Shown: positions 25,664 to 38,696 of the stretch, piece by piece | Position numbering within the stretch: the first letter of the stretch is position 1 | How the letters are laid out: each line of letters starts with the position of its first letter | Assembly (NCBI RefSeq): GCF_006345805.1 | Contig: NW_021833998.1 | Span: 1-53,160, forward strand | DNA from: Octopus sinensis | Lineage: Eukaryota | Length of the DNA stretch: 53,160 nt | Direction: 5' to 3' | The notes under the pieces: model-generated | Databases searched by the model: none | Told to the model about the DNA's origin: nothing | The model's input: the letters and a program-made list of their open reading frames with translations, nothing else | Translations under genes and position numbers: made by a program

Positions 25664-26575
25664 AATGTATGTATGTATGTATGTATGTATGTATGTATGT
25701 ATGTATGTATGTATGCATGTATGTATGTATGTATGTATGTATGTATGCATGTATGTATGTATGTATGTATGTATGTATGCATGTATGTATGTATGTATGT
25801 ATGTATGTATGTATGCATGTATGTATGTATGTATGTATGTATGTATGTATGCATGTATGTATGTATGAATGTATGTATGTATGTATGTATGTATGTATGT
25901 ATGTATGTATGTATGTATGTATGCATGTATGTATGTATGTATGTATGTATGCATGTATGTATGTATGATGTATGTATGTATGTATGTATGTATGTATGTA
26001 TGTATGCATGCATGTATGTATGTATGTATGTATGTATGTATGCTGTATGTATGTATGAATGTATGTATGTATGTATGTATGTATGTATGTATGTAGTATG
26101 TATGTATGTATGCATGTATGTATGTATGAATGTATGTATGCATGCATGTTATGTATGTATGTATGTATGTATGTATGTATGTATGTATGTATGCATGCAT
26201 GCATGCATGTATGTATGTTATGTATGTATGTATGTATGTAGGATGTATGTATGTATGTATGTATGCATGTATGTATGTATGTATGTATTATGTATGTATG
26301 TATTCATGTAGGTATGTATGTATGCATTATGTATGTATGTATGTATGTATGCATGTACGAGTGTGTGCATACATACTTAAATACGTACGTACATATATGC
26401 ATACATATAGACATACATATATACATGCATTTATGTGTATGTGCATATATATTTGAGTGTGTGTGTGTGTATATATGTATACATTCATATACACACACAC
26501 ATGTATGTATGCATGTATGTACGTACGTATGTATGTATGTATATACGAATGTATGTATGTATATATATGTATATA
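25664..26575 (+). repeat. about 0.9-kb (TATG)n array with CATG variants
   Basis: Directly visible. Confidence 0.97.
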
Positions 26576-27113
26576 TGCTCCTTGAATCTCTCCTCGGCTA
26601 GGTAAAAAAGGCCCTCTTTGGTTGTTTTCTTGTGTGTTTTTATTTCTTGTATTGTATTTTTTTGTAATTGTATTTTTATTTTGTATTTTATTTTGTATTT
26701 TATTTTGTATTTTATTTTGTAATTTTATTTGTATCGTTTTTACGTCCTGTTTGTGTCACATTTTGATCTTTCCTTGTTTTTACCCCTCTGCGAAGTAATT
26801 TCCTTTAATTTCTTCGCAGGAGGAAGGGCTAGTTCGACGAGGCGTGTTCTGTCCTCACCTTCGAACACGCTGGAGTTGAACTAGGGACAGGTGATGAAGG
26901 GGATTTTTCTTGTTGAGTTTGTCTAGTACTCTGTTTTTTCTTTGTAAAAAAAGGTTCGTTCCATGCTTATTTTTACGTTTCGTTCTCGTTGAGTTCTGCG
27001 TATATTTGTGGTGTCCTGTACTCACGTATATATATTTATATATGCATGTATATATACATGTAGATCTAGGTACGTACATATATGTATGTATGCATATATT
27101 TTATTTATTACCA

Positions 27114-27154
<41 letters not shown>

Positions 27155-27247
27155 GGGAAGGTTTACGAAAATAAACAAAAGACGAAGGCAGGTGGAGTAC
27201 AAACAAACAATGTTTAGTATGGCGCTCAGGAATAGAAATAAAACAAG

Positions 27248-27285
27248 TCTTTTACGTTTCGAGCCTACGCTCTTCGACAGAAAGA
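27248..27285 (-). ncRNA. minimal type-I hammerhead motif with CUGUCGA core, inside Penelope-LTR-like relic 27155-27360
   Basis: tcttt CTGTCGA a gagc gtag gctc GAAAC GTA aaaga: 5-bp stem I, 4-bp stem II, palindromic ACGT stem III, GUA site. Confidence 0.65.
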
Positions 27286-27591
27286 TACACAGAAAAGAAA
27301 CAAGGAGAGAAACAAGGAGAGAAAAAAATTGCGTGTAGGGGCTAACGATCCAACATGGATCCAACATATATGTATATGCCAGAATGAATTTGTGAAAATA
27401 AAAGAATTTATAATATTTGAAAAGGTAAGTTCTTGAAATAGTTTCAACATACCTTCTGTAGGTAAAGCGTTAAGTAATTCTAGAAGTATATTTTGCAGGT
27501 GATTTTCAGTTACACACCGGATCGTATTAGTTATCTCCTGTACGTACAAGTCTTCTACAGAACGAGAATTAGTTGAATAAACAGTAATCTA

Positions 27592-27606
27592 ATATACATA
27601 CATACA

Positions 27607-27638
<32 letters not shown>

Positions 27639-28305
27639 AATATACATACATACAATACATACATACATACATACATACATACATACATACATACATACAT
27701 ACAAACATACATACATACATACATACAAACATACATACATACATACATACAAACATGCATGCATACATACATACATACATACATACATGCATACTGTATA
27801 CATACATACATACATATATACAACATACATACATACATACATACATACTACATACATACATACAATAAATATACATTCATACATACATACATACCATACA
27901 TACATACATACAAACAACATACATACATACATACAAACATACATACATACATACAACATACATACAAACATACATACATACATACATACCGTACATGTAT
28001 ACATACATACATACATACATACATACTACATACATATAACTATACATACATACATACATACATACATACTACATACAAACATACATACATACATACATAC
28101 AAACATACATACATACATACATACAAACATACATACACATACATCAACATACATACATACATACATACATACAAACATACATACATACATACATACAAAC
28201 ATACATACATACATACATACAACATGCATGCATACATACTACATACTACTACATGCATACATGTATACATACATACATACATATATACCTACATACATAC
28301 ATACA

Positions 28306-28337
<32 letters not shown>

Positions 28338-28488
28338 ATATACATCATACAATACATACATACATACATACATACATACATACAAACATACATACATACA
28401 TACATACAAACATACATACATACATACATACATACATACAAACATACATACATACATACATACATACATGCATACATGTATACATACA

Positions 28489-28520
<32 letters not shown>

Positions 28521-29178
28521 AATATACATACATACAATACATACATACATACATACATACAAACATACATACATACATACATACAAACATACATACATAC
28601 ATACATACAAACATACATACATACATACATACATGCATGCATACATACATACATACATACTACATACATACATACATACATATATACATACATACATACA
28701 TACATACATACATACATACATCATACATACATATAAATATACATTCATACAATACATACATACATACATACATACATACATACAAACATACATACATAAA
28801 TACATACAAACAACATACAATACATACATACATACATACAAACATACATACATACATACATACATGCATACATGTATACACATACATACATACATACATA
28901 CATAATACATATAAATATACATACATACAATACATACCTACATACATACATACAAACATACCTACATTACATACATACAAACAACTACATACATACATAC
29001 AAACATACATACATAATACATACATGCATGCATACATACATACATACCTAACATACATACATACATACATATTAAATACATACACCACAATACATACATA
29101 CATACATACATACATACATACATACATACATACATCCTACATACATACATACATACATACTTGTATACATACATACAC
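27592..29178 (-). repeat. about 1.6-kb (CATA)n array with CAAA variants
   Basis: Directly visible. Confidence 0.97.
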
Positions 29179-29268
29179 TTGCCCAGAAGCGACACAGAGG
29201 GAGCGAACCATGAATGTATATGCACAGGCGGTGTTTGTGTGTTGTGTGTACATGCGTATATATGTGTA

Positions 29269-29306
<38 letters not shown>

Positions 29307-29488
29307 TGAGAGAGAGAGGGAGAGAGAGAGAGAGGAGGGAGAGAGAGAGAGTATATATATATTTATAATGCTACTACTGGCACAGTGTAAGGCGATGACG
29401 GGTGGGGATACTGTAGGATAGAGAAATAGGATATAGCAGAGTGCACTGAAGATGGAAATAGGAGAGAGACAGAGACAGGCTGACAGAT

Positions 29489-29522
<34 letters not shown>

Positions 29523-29986
29523 GGAGGGAGACAGCAGCCGACGTTGACAACAGACTTGTTTCTACGTGACATTGCAGTGATGTAGAGGGCGTTGCAGACA
29601 CGATAATACAGACAATGGCTAACTTCCGTTTCTAAATCCTTGCTCATAAATGATAGCTATTATTTAAGGGAAGACGGGTGGAGTAAACAGTTTCATAATA
29701 ATAATAAAACCCTAGCTGTCGTCAATATTTTCATATGACCCCTGTTGCTGGTATCAAGGCTGCTGTTTCTGGCCCCTGAACTTGGTAATATTTTATTTTA
29801 TTCCCCAGTCCTAACTTCATCACTACCACTATTACGACGTTATAGTAACCGCATTCTGATGATCGTCACACAGAAGGGTGAGGTCGGAGGGTCAGAGGTG
29901 ATAGATGGCAGGTGTGGCGAGTGGGGAGAGGGGCATTGGAAACACCATAAATACGGATGTACTTAATTGCATATGCATATACACAC

Positions 29987-30350
29987 GCATGTATGTATGT
30001 ATGTATGTATGTATGTATGTATGTATGTATGTATGTATGTATGTTTGTATGTATGTATGTATGTTTGTATGTATGTATGTTTGTATGTATATATAATGTT
30101 TTGTATGTATGTATGTATATATGCATTTATGTATGTAATGTATGTATGTGTTTGTATGTATGTATTTTTGTATGTATGTATATTGCATGTATGCATGTTT
30201 GTATGTATGTATGTATGTTTGTTTGTATTATGTAATGTATGTATTTATGTATGTGTGTATGTATGTATATTTAAGTATGTATATAGGTATGTATGTATGC
30301 ATGTATGTATGCATGCATGCATGTATGTATGTAATGTATGTTATGTATGT
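29987..30350 (+). repeat. (TATG)n array
   Basis: Directly visible. Confidence 0.95.
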
Positions 30351-30442
30351 TGGTAATATGTAAACTTAGATAAACCCAAATATGTTTCAACGAAAACTGA
30401 CTAAAGTCATTTCTAAATAGCACCATGTATATGTGCGCGCGC

Positions 30443-30518
<76 letters not shown>

Positions 30519-30772
30519 ATATATATATGCATTTATACATATATGTATATACCTACATCTATATATATATATACGCGTGCATATATGGGTACAGCACACC
30601 AAAAAATAAACGTCGAACACAATGAGAAACGAAAGCATAAAAACAAAAACGTGGAAACGAACTTTTTTTCAAACAACGAAAAAACAGCTTACAAGACATA
30701 CAACACGAGGAACATTCACCTTCTGCAGTTGTCTCTGTTTCGTCTACTCCGCGTTTCGAAGGTGAAACGTTG

Positions 30773-31280
30773 CACTGTAAAAGATTATTTGTTTCACACA
30801 CGATATTGAGATTATATGGATTTTATCACATTTCTAGGTAGTCTGACATCAGGGATATCACTGACCCACAACACCACTCTCTTTTGAAAACACAAGGATT
30901 GCATGTAGGGTTCAAACTCGATCACTTTTCGTGAACACAGTAATGCTCGCGAACGCATCTTCATGAAAAGCATAATGCATGGTCAAAGCGTTGACCCATT
31001 GGGTATAAAAGGCACCCAAACTTACCAGCCTGTCATTCGTTTCCCGAACGCAGCAAGTATGCCAAGACTGACACGAAATCAGTGGGAGATTTTAGGTAAA
31101 ATTATACTAATGTGTCCATCTGTTTTAATTTAATTAAATTCTATGTCTTTATGCAGCTGAGGATTGTTCTACATTTAAACTGATGTAATGATTGCATTGT
31201 TGAATTAAATGGAGTTGTTTGAAACAATCGTACTACATTACCTCTGGATATCCTTGTTGCTTATTTTGATTTCAATCACC
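30773..31280 (+). mobile_element. internally deleted Tc1-like element retaining promoter and transposase start
   Basis: TATAAAA 31004, TCATTC 31033, ATG 31059 MPRLTRNQ resembling Tc1 transposase N-termini; ends approximate. Confidence 0.45.
31004..31038 (+). promoter_or_regulatory. TATA box plus initiator core promoter
   Basis: gTATAAAAgg with TCATTC whose A lies 31 nt downstream of the first T. Confidence 0.5.
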
Positions 31281-31348
31281 TCATTTTGAAATTGTATGGA
31301 TAATATCGTACTAAATTCTGGTGCCTCAACTTAAGTACCATATTCATC

Positions 31349-31414
<66 letters not shown>

Positions 31415-31442
31415 TGTATGTATACACACACACACAAACATA

Positions 31443-32306
31443 CAGGGTGCGACGGATTAATTGTCGCCATTTTATATTTCTAATTTCACGCATGCGCATT
31501 GTTTATTTTTGATTTTGACGACAACACAGTATTGTAGGGTCAGTTGGATGCCGTCTGTGAGAAAAACAGCACCATGACGCAATTCACTCAGCCAGAAATT
31601 TGGAAACTATTTGGCATTCGTGCCAGAAGATCCAATACAAACATATGGTGAACACACAGAACATCCATTGGTTTTTCGTGTCCCCAAAATATGTACCAAG
31701 AGTGATAAAAATCAAACATCATGTTGTTTGGAGTGATCGCTAATAATGGTGACGTTATGCCTCTATTCATCTTCCCACATGACCTCAGACTCAACACGGA
31801 GGCCTACATCAAATGCCTGAAGGAGGAAGGGCTGCCTTGGGTCAAGAGGGTGGCTGCTGGAAGACCCTATGTCTGACAACAGGACTCTGCAACATGCCAC
31901 GCAAGCAGGAGAACCCAGTCATGGCTGTCAGATAATTTCTGCGTCCACATCACCCCTAACATCTGGCCACTTAACTTGCCAGATTGCAACCCCCTTGATT
32001 ATTATGTGTAAGGTGCAGCTGATCGAGAGACCATCAAAACTCCTTGTAACACCAAAGATGAACTGAAGGCAAGGATTATGGCAACATTTATCAACTTAAA
32101 CAAAGAGATCGTCCAGAAGAGTTGCGGGAGATTCCGAAGTCGTCTGGAGGTCGTGGTTGAAGCCAATGGCGATTTTATTGAATAAATTTACTCTTTAATA
32201 TTTCAAGATATCTTAAAGTAATTCTGGTAAATATATCTAGTAAAATGAGATGTCGGTGTTATTTTAGTTTTTGCGTAATTTAAATGACTGTCTTCCTCGC
32301 ATCCTG
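31443..32306 (+). mobile_element. maT (DD37D) transposon relic, internally deleted
   Basis: TA|CAGGGTGCGA left end, tcgcatcctg right end; IMLFGVI...PYV*QQDSATCHAS...WPLNLPDCNPLDYYV with 37 residues between the last two Asp. Confidence 0.9.
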
Positions 32307-32536
32307 TTGGTATGTATGTATGTATGTATGTATGTATGTATGTATGTATGTATGTATGTATGTATGTATGTATGTATGTATGTATGTATGTATGCATGTA
32401 TGTATGTATGTAAATATATATATATATATATATATATATAGAACCCCCCCACAAAAAAAAAGACACAAAAAACAACAACGCGTGGACGTGGTACATGTAA
32501 AGTATTAGCAGACGCTCAGGGAAGGAAAGAAAGATA

Positions 32537-32571
32537 GCTTAACGTTTCGAGCAAAGCTCTTCTTCAGAAAC
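32537..32571 (-). ncRNA. minimal type-I hammerhead motif with canonical core, inside relic 32450-32625
   Basis: gttt CTGAAGA a gagc ttt gctc GAAAC GTT aagc. Confidence 0.7.
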
Positions 32572-32632
32572 AGAGGAAAGTTCAATAGAAAGGAAGACAG
32601 GAAGAAAATCGCCAACGATTCACATATCGTTA

Positions 32633-32790
32633 CGCGTCTGTGTGTGTGTGCGCGTGTGTGTGTGTGCGCGCGCGTGTGTGTGTGCGAACGCGCGTGTGTG
32701 TGTGTGCGCGCTCAAGCGTCTGTGTGTGTGCGCGCTCACGCGTCTGTGTGTGTGCGCGCTCACGCGTCTGTGTGTGTGCACATGCTTACA
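32633..32790. repeat. alternating (TG)/(CG) tract with three 24-bp units
   Basis: gcgtctgtgtgtgtgcgcgctcac repeated. Confidence 0.85.
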
Positions 32791-33581
32791 TATATACATA
32801 TACATTATTCATGCACACACATATCTAAATATGTTTGTGTGTATACGTGTTAGTGAATGTGTATGAATAATGTATATGTATTTATGTAAGCATGAATACA
32901 CTCACAAATGCGCGCACGCGCACGCATACACACACACACACACGCGCGCATACACACACACAAACGCACGCACACACAAACACTGTTTATAACTGGGTGA
33001 GAAAATTACGCGTAAGCGAAGTCCGTCCGTTTGAGAATTATTGTTCCCTATTAAATGTAGTCCTGCCCTTTTTTCTCCAGTGGAGCGGTGATAAGGGAAG
33101 GAAGACAGGAAACGATCAATCTCCATTATTTCTTTTTAACCTCTTTTTATTCAAGAGAAAGTCACGCGTATCATTAGACCTTCTAACCCTTTTCACTTCA
33201 ATCTTGGCCTTTTAATTTTACGTTTCTATCCCGCCAGTCTACCTCGCCTTTTCTTGTCCATCGTTGTAGTAAACTGTCAAACTGGTCTTTGACCCCCGTT
33301 CACATTCGCAACATGGCGGCTATCGCTTTTCTCTATTGACAACTTAATTTATTCTTTAGTAAGATGAGAACACGAAAGACACGCCTCTGTATTTGTATTT
33401 ATTATAAGAAGCAAGACGGCTGTAATTGCAAAACATGTTTTGTATAATAGTTTCAGAAACCTGGTGAAAAATCAGAACTCGGAATCAAAACACGAAATAA
33501 ATTGTTCCACATGATAGATTTGGTAAATCTGACTAATTAAGTAAAAGACCCTTACTATAATTTCTATAGAAAGGCATTCTA

Positions 33582-33700
33582 GAGGTGGTGAACTGGTAGA
33601 GTCGTTAAAGTGTTCGATGGAACGCCTCGTGGCTTTTGTTTCGACTCTCTGCACCTCGAGATCGAATCCCACCTAGGTCAACTTTGACTTTCATCTTTTC
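33582..33700 (+). mobile_element. degenerate SINE family A
   Basis: ggtggtgaactggtagagtcgtta...aggtcaactttgactttcatcttttcg. Confidence 0.7.
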
Positions 33701-35449
33701 GAGTATGACAGTAAATTGCATCCGGTAGTCGAGCTCTGGTTCGGGAGTTCTAGGGTTTTCAGGAGTATAGAACCACCTCTTAACAATTATTGTTTCCTTT
33801 TGTACTCTGACTCGCACCTATCTGAGTCCCAGCTACGGATTAAATAGCGTATACCCACCCGAGCCCGGGTACGTTAAAATCATGAGATGCAGTATGATGA
33901 GTGTGAACTATTTCGACAAATGAATAATATTGAATCAATGATGAATATCACAAAAGGGAGAATGGATGAAGAAATTGTCAACGGGCAGGATCATGCAGTT
34001 CAGTTAGTGAACTACAGCGATCAGCTGTAGTCGTGACGTGCGCAGATGAATTATTTCTGCTAGCAAGAGACCAATGTGACTAAAACCCAAGCCAGACGTC
34101 CAGGCGGCATCGATCGATCGAGACATCTGGCGTGGAAGAGTCGCATTGGTCTTGGCAGGTCTCCCAACCGGGAAACGACGACATCGCAGTACCTATCCAG
34201 GGCGGTAGGCTGGTGGAAATGTTAGAGGGGCCGAGTAGGAATTCTTGCGATATCTGTTCTAGCTATTTGCATTCTAAACAACGCCTACGACGACACTGAT
34301 ACCAAGCTATATTAGTCCAAGTCGTTGGCCTTTCGTTTGGATAAACATCGGTATAATGGAGAGAGAAGAAACTTGCTTACTTGAGCAACTGGTATTTGTT
34401 TGCAAGTTTTGTGTGCAAGTCATGCACGGGCGTCTACTTCTTGCATATATGAGTAACTTCCTCTAAAAATCCTGACCAGTCCTGAATATACAAGTGCAGG
34501 TGCATAATTAGAGTTGATCGACAAACACCCCCTACTTGGAAAAGCATTCTATTCTTTATATGCAAATGATATGACAAAACTATGAATTTACGATGTCCTA
34601 ACCTACTTTTAATCACATCTACGTATCGAACTGACACAATAGCGATAATAAGGAAATACTGTCGTGTTGGCGAAGATTGTGTATTAGGTTTTATTTGTAC
34701 TAAAAACAAAGAAGGGTCCCTCTTCATAGTCACTCGATCTGGTAGGACTAACAGTCGTCTCTTCTCGAAAACGCTGCCACTTGAAATAAAGGAAGGAAAT
34801 TTGGCGTCTGTGGCCAAGGTTCCATTCTTAACTCTCAAAATAGCCCAGTCAACATAGCTTCAAGTAGGTCAATCACGTAAGTATCATTTCCGAGTATTTC
34901 ATTGATTTACAGCGCTAAGATCGATTTCCCTCGCACAGCGACCGATCAGCCTCCTTTCTTAAACTGAGCACATGTGACTTGCACCTAACTCACATCACAG
35001 CAGAACCCTGAGATAAGCAATCGCTCCACGGATTGTTGTAATTTATAAAAAGAACAATTGCTGAATACAGTTGAGGTAGCGGGTACTATACAACGTCATA
35101 GTACCCAATTACTGTGAGCTTCATTGGGATATTTGAGAGTTAATCGTTTTTTTTTGTAAGTTATCCAGAAGCTATGCAGGGTCCATGTTTCAGCCCCTCC
35201 CAGACAATAAAACTGAAACGGCTTATATCAAGCCTGTACTGCGGGCCGATGTCTGGAAGGAAAACGTAGATAGGGAGAAAGGGGGTTCTATAGTTAATGT
35301 TTGTAACAAAGTGAACCCCTTGTCCTTGAGTTCTTTGGGCACACAAGGTCAAGGAGAAAGAGTTAAACAGGGCAGCGTGTAAGGCCTACAACAGTACAAA
35401 AGATACTCAATGATCAGTTAGTGGTGTTCAACTTGGTGATGTGCTAGAC

Positions 35450-35595
35450 TAGGAATGGGTAACCTTTTTCGAGAAGTGGGCTGCATGGGACATGATTCCT
35501 CATCAGGTGAGCTGCAATACTAAAAAGATCCAAGGTAATTTTTCGTTAGGAATGCCATTCAGAAAATTCCTTAGGCCGTAGTTTTCACATGACTG
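35450..35595. mobile_element. hAT (Charlie/Buster-like) MITE
   Basis: Perfect 8-bp TSD tgctagac at 35442-35449 and 35596-35603; degenerate 15-bp TIRs taggaatgggtaacc / gttttcacatgactg. Confidence 0.8.
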
Positions 35596-35873
35596 TGCTA
35601 GACCCTACCACCCTGACAAAGGAATCCAAGACACAGGTGATGTTGTTTGTTGCTTTTGTCGTTGTTGTTGTTGTTGTTACTGATGCGGTTGTAGTTTAAC
35701 CCCAACTCAACTCTGACTAAGAAGACTTCTGATCAAAGGCAAGTCGTGACCATCCATTTGTGTGTGTGTGTGTACAAGGATCCTAGGGTTACATTATCCA
35801 GCATGTGGTTTTGAACGAGTCATAAGATGATTCGAGGGCAGTTGTTACTAGCAGGCTGAAGGACTGCATCAAC

Positions 35874-35991
35874 TAGGAATAGGTAACCTTTATCGAGAAG
35901 CAGGAGCATGAAACACTACTCATCATCAGGAGAACCACAAAACCAAAAAAGTATTCGAAATGCCCCGCGAGCTGCAGATTGCCAATGACTG
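35874..35991. mobile_element. second hAT MITE of the same family
   Basis: taggaataggtaacctttatcgagaag...gattgccaatgactg; TSD degraded. Confidence 0.7.
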
Positions 35992-36748
35992 ACATAGCAC
36001 ATCCTTCGGCAAGGTGTGTAAGACCTTGAAACCTGTAAAGGACCCTCGAATGTCTCTAGCATAGGAAAACGAACCCTTAACCTGTTTGCTCGGTAATCCG
36101 ACACAGTGTCGCGTCAGCCAGCAATTTGCAGTGATGGCCTTGTAAATGAAACAATTGAATTTTTACGAAGATATATTTATGTCAGAGATTGATTGCTGTC
36201 GTAATATAAAAGTTCCAGTTTTCAGGAATGTTATTCTTTCTCGATTTGACAACAGCCGTCTGACTGGCTGACATTCCATCACTAATAAGACAGCGGAAGA
36301 TGTTTCCGGGTGTTGTACGACCCGAAAGCAAGTAACAGAACTGTCAAACCATCCTCGACTTGTTAGTCAAGCAAATAAATGTTTGGACAACAGTTGAAGC
36401 AACATCTCTAGTGTTTTCAGCAGACGATAAACTAAGTCAAGAACAATAGATGCTTTCTCAGTCTTATGTGAACAACCCAACTGAAATCTCAAACGAAATT
36501 TGATATCATCCTAATACATTGTTAAACAGAGAAACCTTTAAAAGACTATGTTATTATTCTACTAGAAACAAACCTCGTTTTTAAACTTTTGTAAATTATT
36601 TACAACAATCACACCAGAAAAAAATAAAGAAAGGAAGAAAGAAAAAGGAGTTAGATTTGCCCTAATTTACAACCGTTCATAGCGAAGTTAGTGACACCTC
36701 GTCAGCTGGTAACCTACTAAATCCATAAAACTCTCACATACATCATTA

Positions 36749-36761
36749 GTTGCCTGGCAAC
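36749..36761. promoter_or_regulatory. RFX X-box-like palindrome
   Basis: GTTGCC-T-GGCAAC in non-repetitive-looking sequence. Confidence 0.4.
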
Positions 36762-37079
36762 GTTCATACCTTCACGCAGTACTAAACGGAAGGACTATAT
36801 TCGAACTTTTTGACCCTTCCGCTTGTATATGCGTGCACGCATATATGTAAGAATGTACGTATATATGTGCGTCATGGTTTTAAAAAAACACACATACGCA
36901 CATTTCTATATACATGTATATATATATATACGTAGGGATGGTGAGCTGTATGGATGGTTAGCAGGATAGATGAGTGAATTTCTTTGTGCGTGTTTTTGAT
37001 CAATTATTTCTTTACGTAAACATGCACACACACACACACATTGTTTATTCTGTTATATATACGACGACGTATATATATA

Positions 37080-37140
<61 letters not shown>

Positions 37141-37200
37141 ATAAAGTTAATACAAACATGAAAACACAAAGAGAAAACACAACAAAACACAAAGAGAAAA

Positions 37201-37234
37201 CACGACGTTTCGAGCGGAGCTCTTCGTTAGAAAC
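37201..37234 (-). ncRNA. mutated hammerhead motif inside relic 37145-37320
   Basis: gttt CTAACGA a gagc tcc gctc GAAAC GTC; G5A change, stem I lost. Confidence 0.5.
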
Positions 37235-37328
37235 ATAGGAAAAGGAAAGATCCAAAGAAGGGAAGAGGGAGGAAAAACATCGCCAACGGTACACACGCGG
37301 TAACATTTTGAATGACCGGAAATATATA

Positions 37329-37374
<46 letters not shown>

Positions 37375-37449
37375 CAACAACAACAACAACAACAATACAT
37401 ATACATACATAAATTGCATACATGGTGACTGTCAACTCGTAGACGAGTA

Positions 37450-37765
37450 TGATCATCTCTGACAGCCGTATTGAAATTTGAAGACAATAACAACTTCCAC
37501 AACACCACTAAGACTTTCAGCTACAAAGCCCAGTAGTCCAGAAACAAACAAAAGCAAGAACTCCAGTGTTCTTTCACCCTCAGCTGATAGATGGTCAATA
37601 TAGATGGTCATTGACTCTACTGAGCTTGTCCGCCAATTGATTTGGCTTTGTTTTTTATCCAGCAGAGTACCCAACGAAAATCTGGTAGGTTTGCCGGTTT
37701 ATTCGTCGACGGCCTGATCATGCAACCGGTTGTACTGGGTTACATGTTACCTGTAACACTAAGAC
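37450..37765 (-). repeat. old repeat related to 42400-42752 and to the 5' part of 15636-16135
   Basis: Shared ctacaaagcc...gtccagaaacaa.caaaagcaa and ttgactctactgag blocks. Confidence 0.7.
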
Positions 37766-38621
37766 CTCAAATACACACGCGCGCGCACACACATACACAC
37801 ACATGCACACACACATACACACACATATGTATGTATGCAAATCTGCATATACATACATATATATATATATATATATATTGCTCGTTTCTTATTTCGATTT
37901 TGTCTTTCATCCATCGTCTACAATTAGAATTATTCACTTTCGTATGCCCACTTCTGTATCGTTTGTTATCCATGTATTCTTTGCTCTCGGCCCAAATTTG
38001 TCATTAATGGTGCGAAACTGAGTAATATCTGGCTGATAACTGATCGAGAATTAGGGGCCTAATATTCTATATTGTATAGATAGTTTTATACTGCAGTCAC
38101 CATTCTAGCATTCCTCTACCTTTCAATGTTGAATGCCAGCCAGATAGAATTATCTAGATCTAGATACAAACCAACGGCAACACACCTCTACAGAAAGCAC
38201 TAAGCGCAAAATTCTCTTTAGACCCTTTCTTTCGTGTATCCGCTCTATATTTTCTGCGCATTATGTGGTTAACTCAATGATAAATTAGTTCTATTTTTAC
38301 CAAGTGGAAACGCGCTATAACGTCGAGATGCTGTAATATGGCCGTTTCACTTGATAGTTGCTGGTGATATGGAAGAGCTTCCAGTATTGCGACGGATTTA
38401 GAAGAGTTCGCAAAATATTTATTCTATTTCATCCCCACCCATATACATACATACATGCATACATGCATACATACATACATATATACATACATACATACAT
38501 GCATACATACATACATACATACATATATACATACATATATACATACATACATGCATACATGCATGCATACAAACATACATACATACAACATACATACATA
38601 TATACATACATACATACACAT

Positions 38622-38668
<47 letters not shown>

Positions 38669-38696
38669 TACATACATACATACATACATACATACA

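Noticed and set aside
25594-29305. Long ORFs of 150-350 aa (YIHT/MYVC repeats) here and at other arrays
   Set aside because: Stop-free translations of TATG/CATA/TA/CA microsatellites; no coding signal
30715-30770. Type-II permuted hammerheads with GAAA before CUGANGA-like box (also 26855-26905 and 49600-49652)
   Set aside because: No credible stem I hairpin or NUH placement; cores degenerate
34434-34857. 134-aa minus ORF and overlapping 91-aa plus ORF
   Set aside because: Non-ATG start for the longer one, no recognisable domain, length attainable by chance
36301-36330. Hairpin tgtttccgggt/acccgaaagca after cggaaga as hammerhead
   Set aside because: Core and stem III do not fit; isolated hairpin
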